Below are positions 59,960 to 64,000 of a stretch of DNA of 64,000 nucleotides, piece after piece. Positions within the stretch are counted from its first letter, which is position 1, and each line of letters opens with the position of its first letter. The notes below the pieces were generated by a model, which saw nothing but the letters and a program-made list of their open reading frames with translations, did no database searches and was not told the origin of the DNA. The stretch comes from Isurus oxyrinchus (lineage: Eukaryota): positions 248,001 to 312,000 of the forward strand of contig JANJGN010000544.1 in NCBI GenBank assembly GCA_026770705.1, in the 5' to 3' direction. The position numbers were made by a program, and so were the translations under genes.

Positions 59960-61030
59960 AATGTTACCTGATAGGGATGGACTCGGTAGTTAGAGAACGG
60001 AATTTGTAGTGGTGACTGAAGGCAACGATTTTGGTCTTCCCAATTTTTAATTGGAGGAAATTTCTGCTCATCCAGTACTGGTGTAGGATAAGCAGTTTGA
60101 AAATTTAGCAACAGTGGAGGAATAGAGGCATGGTGGCGAGGTAGAGCTGGGCATTGTCAGTGTACGTGTTTTTTTTGATTCATTCATCAGATGTAGGCTT
60201 TGTTGGCTGGGCTGCAATTTTTGCCTATCCCTAATTGCCCTTGAGAAGGTGGTGGTGATCTGCCTTCTCGAACCACTGCAGTCCATGTGGTGTAGGTACA
60301 CCCACAGTGCTGTTAGAGAGGCAGTTCCAGGATTTTGACCCAGCAGCAATGAAGAAATGGTGATATATTTCCAAGTCAGGATGGTGAGTAACTTGCAGGT
60401 GAACTTCCAGGTGGTTGTGTTCCTATCTATCTGCTACCCTTGTCTTTCTAGATGGTAGTGGTCGTGGGTTTGGAAGATGCTGTCGAAGGAGCCTTGGTGA
60501 ATTCCTGGAGTGCATCTTGTAGATGGTGCACACTGCTGCTACTGTGCATCGTGTGAAAACTAACATGGTGCTTTTGGATGATGCCGCCTAGTGGCAGCAT
60601 GTAGCTGAGAAATAGGAGGGGTCAAAGATAGATCATTTTTTTAGGATGGGTGTTGACAGTGGAATTGAAGGTGAGAGGAACAGTACCAGGAGAGAGAACC
60701 ATTAACAATATCAGCCAACATGGCGAAGTTGGGTGACCAGAAGTTCATTGAGAATAGAGTCAATACAGCAAAAGATGGGTCTCATGAGCAAGATAAGCAC
60801 TGAGAGGGTCTGAGGGGAGATAGGAGAGAAACTGAAGAAAGATATGAGTTCAGGGCTCAGACATGGGGGATTTTTAGAGGTACTTTGGCCCGGTGGGGTA
60901 GTGGAAGGAAGGGAAGCAGCACAGGCAGCTGACTGTATTATCTCAATCTTAGTGACAAAGAAGCTTTATGAGCTCCTCACACTTGTGTTTGGAGGTGAGG
61001 ATGGAGGAGAAAGGGGAGAGAGAGGGCCTT
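59960..61030 (-). mobile_element. L2 fragment interrupted by a LINE 3' end (60170-60550)
   Basis: Paralogous to 51560-52250; insert bounded by CGTGT. Confidence 0.7.
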
Positions 61031-61094
61031 TTGAGTGGAACTAACCTGTGTTAGAGATAGACAATAAGAAATAAATAATTACAATTTAAAACCA

Positions 61095-63860
61095 TTACGG
61101 AGACATGGCTGCAGGACACATGGATTGGGACCTGAATATTGATGGGCACAGGATATTTAGGAAGTACAGGAAGTGAGGAAAACTTGGAGGGGTGGATCTG
61201 TTAGTTAATGATGGTATTAGCACAATACAGAGGGAAGACCTACGTTCAGGAAACCAGGATGTGGAAACGGTTTGGGTAGAGATGAGAAATGGTAAAGACA
61301 AGGAGTCACTTGTGGGAGTTGTGTACAGGCCCCTTAACAGTAACCACATGGTAGGGTTAAGCATAAAGGAAGAAATAAATGGAGCTTAACAGAAAGGCAT
61401 GGTGATAATCATGGGAGATTTTAATTCACATATAGACTGGAAAAGTCAAATGGGCAAGGATAGCCTAGATGAGGAGTACATTGAATGCTTTTGAGATAGT
61501 TTCTTGGAACAGAGTGTTCTCGAGCCAACTGAGAGCAGGATATACTGGAGCTGTTATTGCGCAATGAGATCGGAGTAATTAATGATCTCGTAGTGAAGGT
61601 GCCCCTAGGTAACAGCGACCATAATGTGATTGAATCTTACATTCAGTTTGAGGGGGAGCGGAGTGGGTCTGAGACTATGTTTTTAAACAAATAAGGGTAA
61701 TTATGAGAGCATGAAAGCTGAGCTGGCAAAAATGAATTGGCAAATTAGGTTAAGGGATAAGTGAATAGAGATGCAGTGGCTAATATTTGAGGGGTATTTC
61801 AGAATGCACAGAATAGATACATTCCAACGAGTAAGAAAAAGCCCAAGGGATGGACACACCATCCGTGCTTAACTAGAAAGGTTAAAGATAACATCAAATT
61901 TAAACAAAAAGCAGATAATTGTGAAAAGGAAGGTGGAAGGCCAGAAGATTGGACAGAATCTAAGGGACAGCAAAGAATAGTTAAAAGACTAATAAGATGG
62001 GAGTGGGGATTGAGTGAGAGAAAGCTAGCCAGAAATATAAAAGCAGATAAGAGTTTTTATGAATATTTTAAAAAGAAAAGAGTTAACAATGTGAAAGTTG
62101 GCTCTATAGAAAGTGAATCTGGAGAATTGATGATGGAAAACAAGGAGAGGGCAAATTTTGCCTCGGTTTTCGCTACAAAGGATACAAGTAACATCCCAGA
62201 AGCAGCTATAAAGCAGGTAATGGAAGTGGGAAAGGAAGTCAGGAAAATTACAGTCACCAGAGAAGTTGTACTGAGTAAATTTTGGAGCTGTGGGCTGACA
62301 AGAGCCCAGGTCCTGATGGACTTCATCCTAGGGTCTTAAAAGAAGCATCCAGTCAAATAGTTGATGCATTGGCTTTAATTTTCTAAAACTCCCTAGATTT
62401 GGCGAAGGTCCCATTAGATTGGAAGATAGCAAATGTAACTCCTTTATTCAAAAAGGGAAGGAAACAGAAAGCAGGAAACTGTAGGCCAGTTAGCTTAACA
62501 TCTGTCATAGGGAAAATGTTAGAAGTTGTTATTAAAGAGGTTATAACAGGGCACTTGGATAAGCGCAAGGTCACCAGGCAGAGTCAACATGGTTTTGTGA
62601 AAGGGAAATTGTGTGTAACCAAATTGGTTAAATTGGTGTTCTTTGTGGCAGTGACATGTGCTGTGGTAAAGGGGAACCAATGGATGTGTTGTACTTAGAT
62701 TTCCAGAAGGTAGTTGATAAGGTGCCACATAAAAGGTTAGTGTGGAAAAGCTCATGGTATAGAGGGTAACATATTGGCATGGATAGAAGATTGGCTGGCT
62801 AACAGGAAGCAGAGAGTAGGCATAAATGGATCTTTCTCAGGTTGGCAAGATGTAATGAGTGGTGTGCCACAGGGATCAGTGCTGGGATCTCAGCTGTTTA
62901 CAGTTCATATAAATGATGTGGATGAAGGGATGGATTCCAAATTTTCTGATGACACAAAAATAGGTAGGAAAGTAAGTTGTGAAGAGGACATAAGGAGGCT
63001 ACAAACAGATAGGATAAGTGAGTGAGCAAAGATCTGGCAGATGGAGTTTAATGTGTGAAAATGGAAATTGTCCACTTTGGCAGGAAGAATAAAAGAGAAG
63101 CATTTTATCTAAATAGTGAGAGATTGCAGAGCTCTGAGGTGCAGAGGGATCTGGATGTCCGAGTGTGTGAATCACAAAAGGCTAATATGCAAGTACAGCC
63201 AGTAATTAGGAAAGCTAATAGAAAGTTATAACTTATTGCGAGGAGAATTGAATACAAAAGTAGGGAGGTTCTGCTTCAGTTGTACATGGCCCTAATGAGA
63301 CCACATTTGGAGTATCGTGTACAGTATTGGTCACCCTGTTTAAAGAAGGATGTAAATGCTTTGGAACCAGTTCAGAGAAGTTTTACCAGACTAATACCAG
63401 GAATGGATGGGTTGTCTTGTGAGGAAAGGTTGGAAAGACCAGGCTTGTATCTGCTGGAGTTTAGAAGAGTAAGAGGTGACTTGACTGAAACATATTAGAT
63501 CCTGAGGGGATCTTGGCAGGGTGGATGTGGAGTGGATGTTTCCTCTTGAGAGAGAATCGAGAATGAGGGATCACTCTTTAAAAACAAGGAGTCGCCCATT
63601 TAAAACAGAGATGAGGTGAAATTTTTTTCACTGAGGGTAGTGAGTCTTTGTAATTCCTCCTGAAAAGGTAATGGAAGCAGAGTCTTTGAATATTTTTAAG
63701 GTAGAGCTGGATAGATTCTTGGTAAGCAATGGGGCGATAGGTTATCGACAGTAGATGAGATGCAGATTTCAGGTTACTGTCAGTTCAGCCATGATCTTAC
63801 TAAATGGCAAAACAGACCCGAGGGACGGAATGGCCTACTCCTGCTCCTTGTTGGTATGTT
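61095..63860 (+). mobile_element. Degenerate CR1 LINE ORF2 plus 3' UTR
   Basis: ITETWL, GVVYRP, MGDFN, RPVSLTS, QHGFVKG, GVPQGSVLG, FSDDTK, RPHLEY. Confidence 0.92.
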
Positions 63861-63892
63861 AAAACACTTCACAACAAAATCCAATCAGTGTA

Positions 63893-64000
63893 GTTACTTG
63901 TGAACTCGCTGGTGCCTGAGCAGGTTGGATCACTCAGTGAATCCCTTCCCACACTTGGAGCAGTGTGAGTGCATCAATGAGTTTCCAGCTCAGATGAACA
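63893..64000 (-). pseudogene. 3' end of another C2H2 ZNF pseudogene (continues beyond the window)
   Basis: Reverse complement reads CSKCGKGFTE*SNLLRHQRVHK*. Confidence 0.75.

Overview
This is eukaryotic DNA from a cartilaginous fish (elasmobranch/shark), not prokaryotic. It has three zones. (1) 1-21.1 kb: the constant region of a shark-type IgM heavy-chain cluster on + (CH1-CH4, secretory tail, TM1, TM2; no V/D/J seen). It is pseudogenised by a frameshift and a stop in CH2 and a stop in CH3. A 4-kb head-to-head Penelope-like element (PLE) palindrome with a 14-bp target-site duplication (TSD) lies upstream of CH1. (2) 24.5-50.3 kb: a scrambled, decaying tRNA array of about 30 Ser/Glu/Lys/Asn/Val/Thr/Leu copies, of which only Leu-AAG and Thr-TGT are clearly intact. 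It is built from repeated spacer modules and an inverted block duplication. (3) 51-64 kb: divergent C2H2 zinc-finger genes/pseudogenes around an NRF1/YY1 CpG-rich promoter, plus relics of an env-bearing LTR element with a tRNA-Leu primer-binding site. The most system-like signal is a family of PLEs and palindromic non-autonomous derivatives carrying minimal hammerhead-ribozyme motifs. The youngest subfamily has a non-canonical core (CUGUYGA), and one insertion holds two motifs in tandem. All calls were made by eye; repeat boundaries are approximate.
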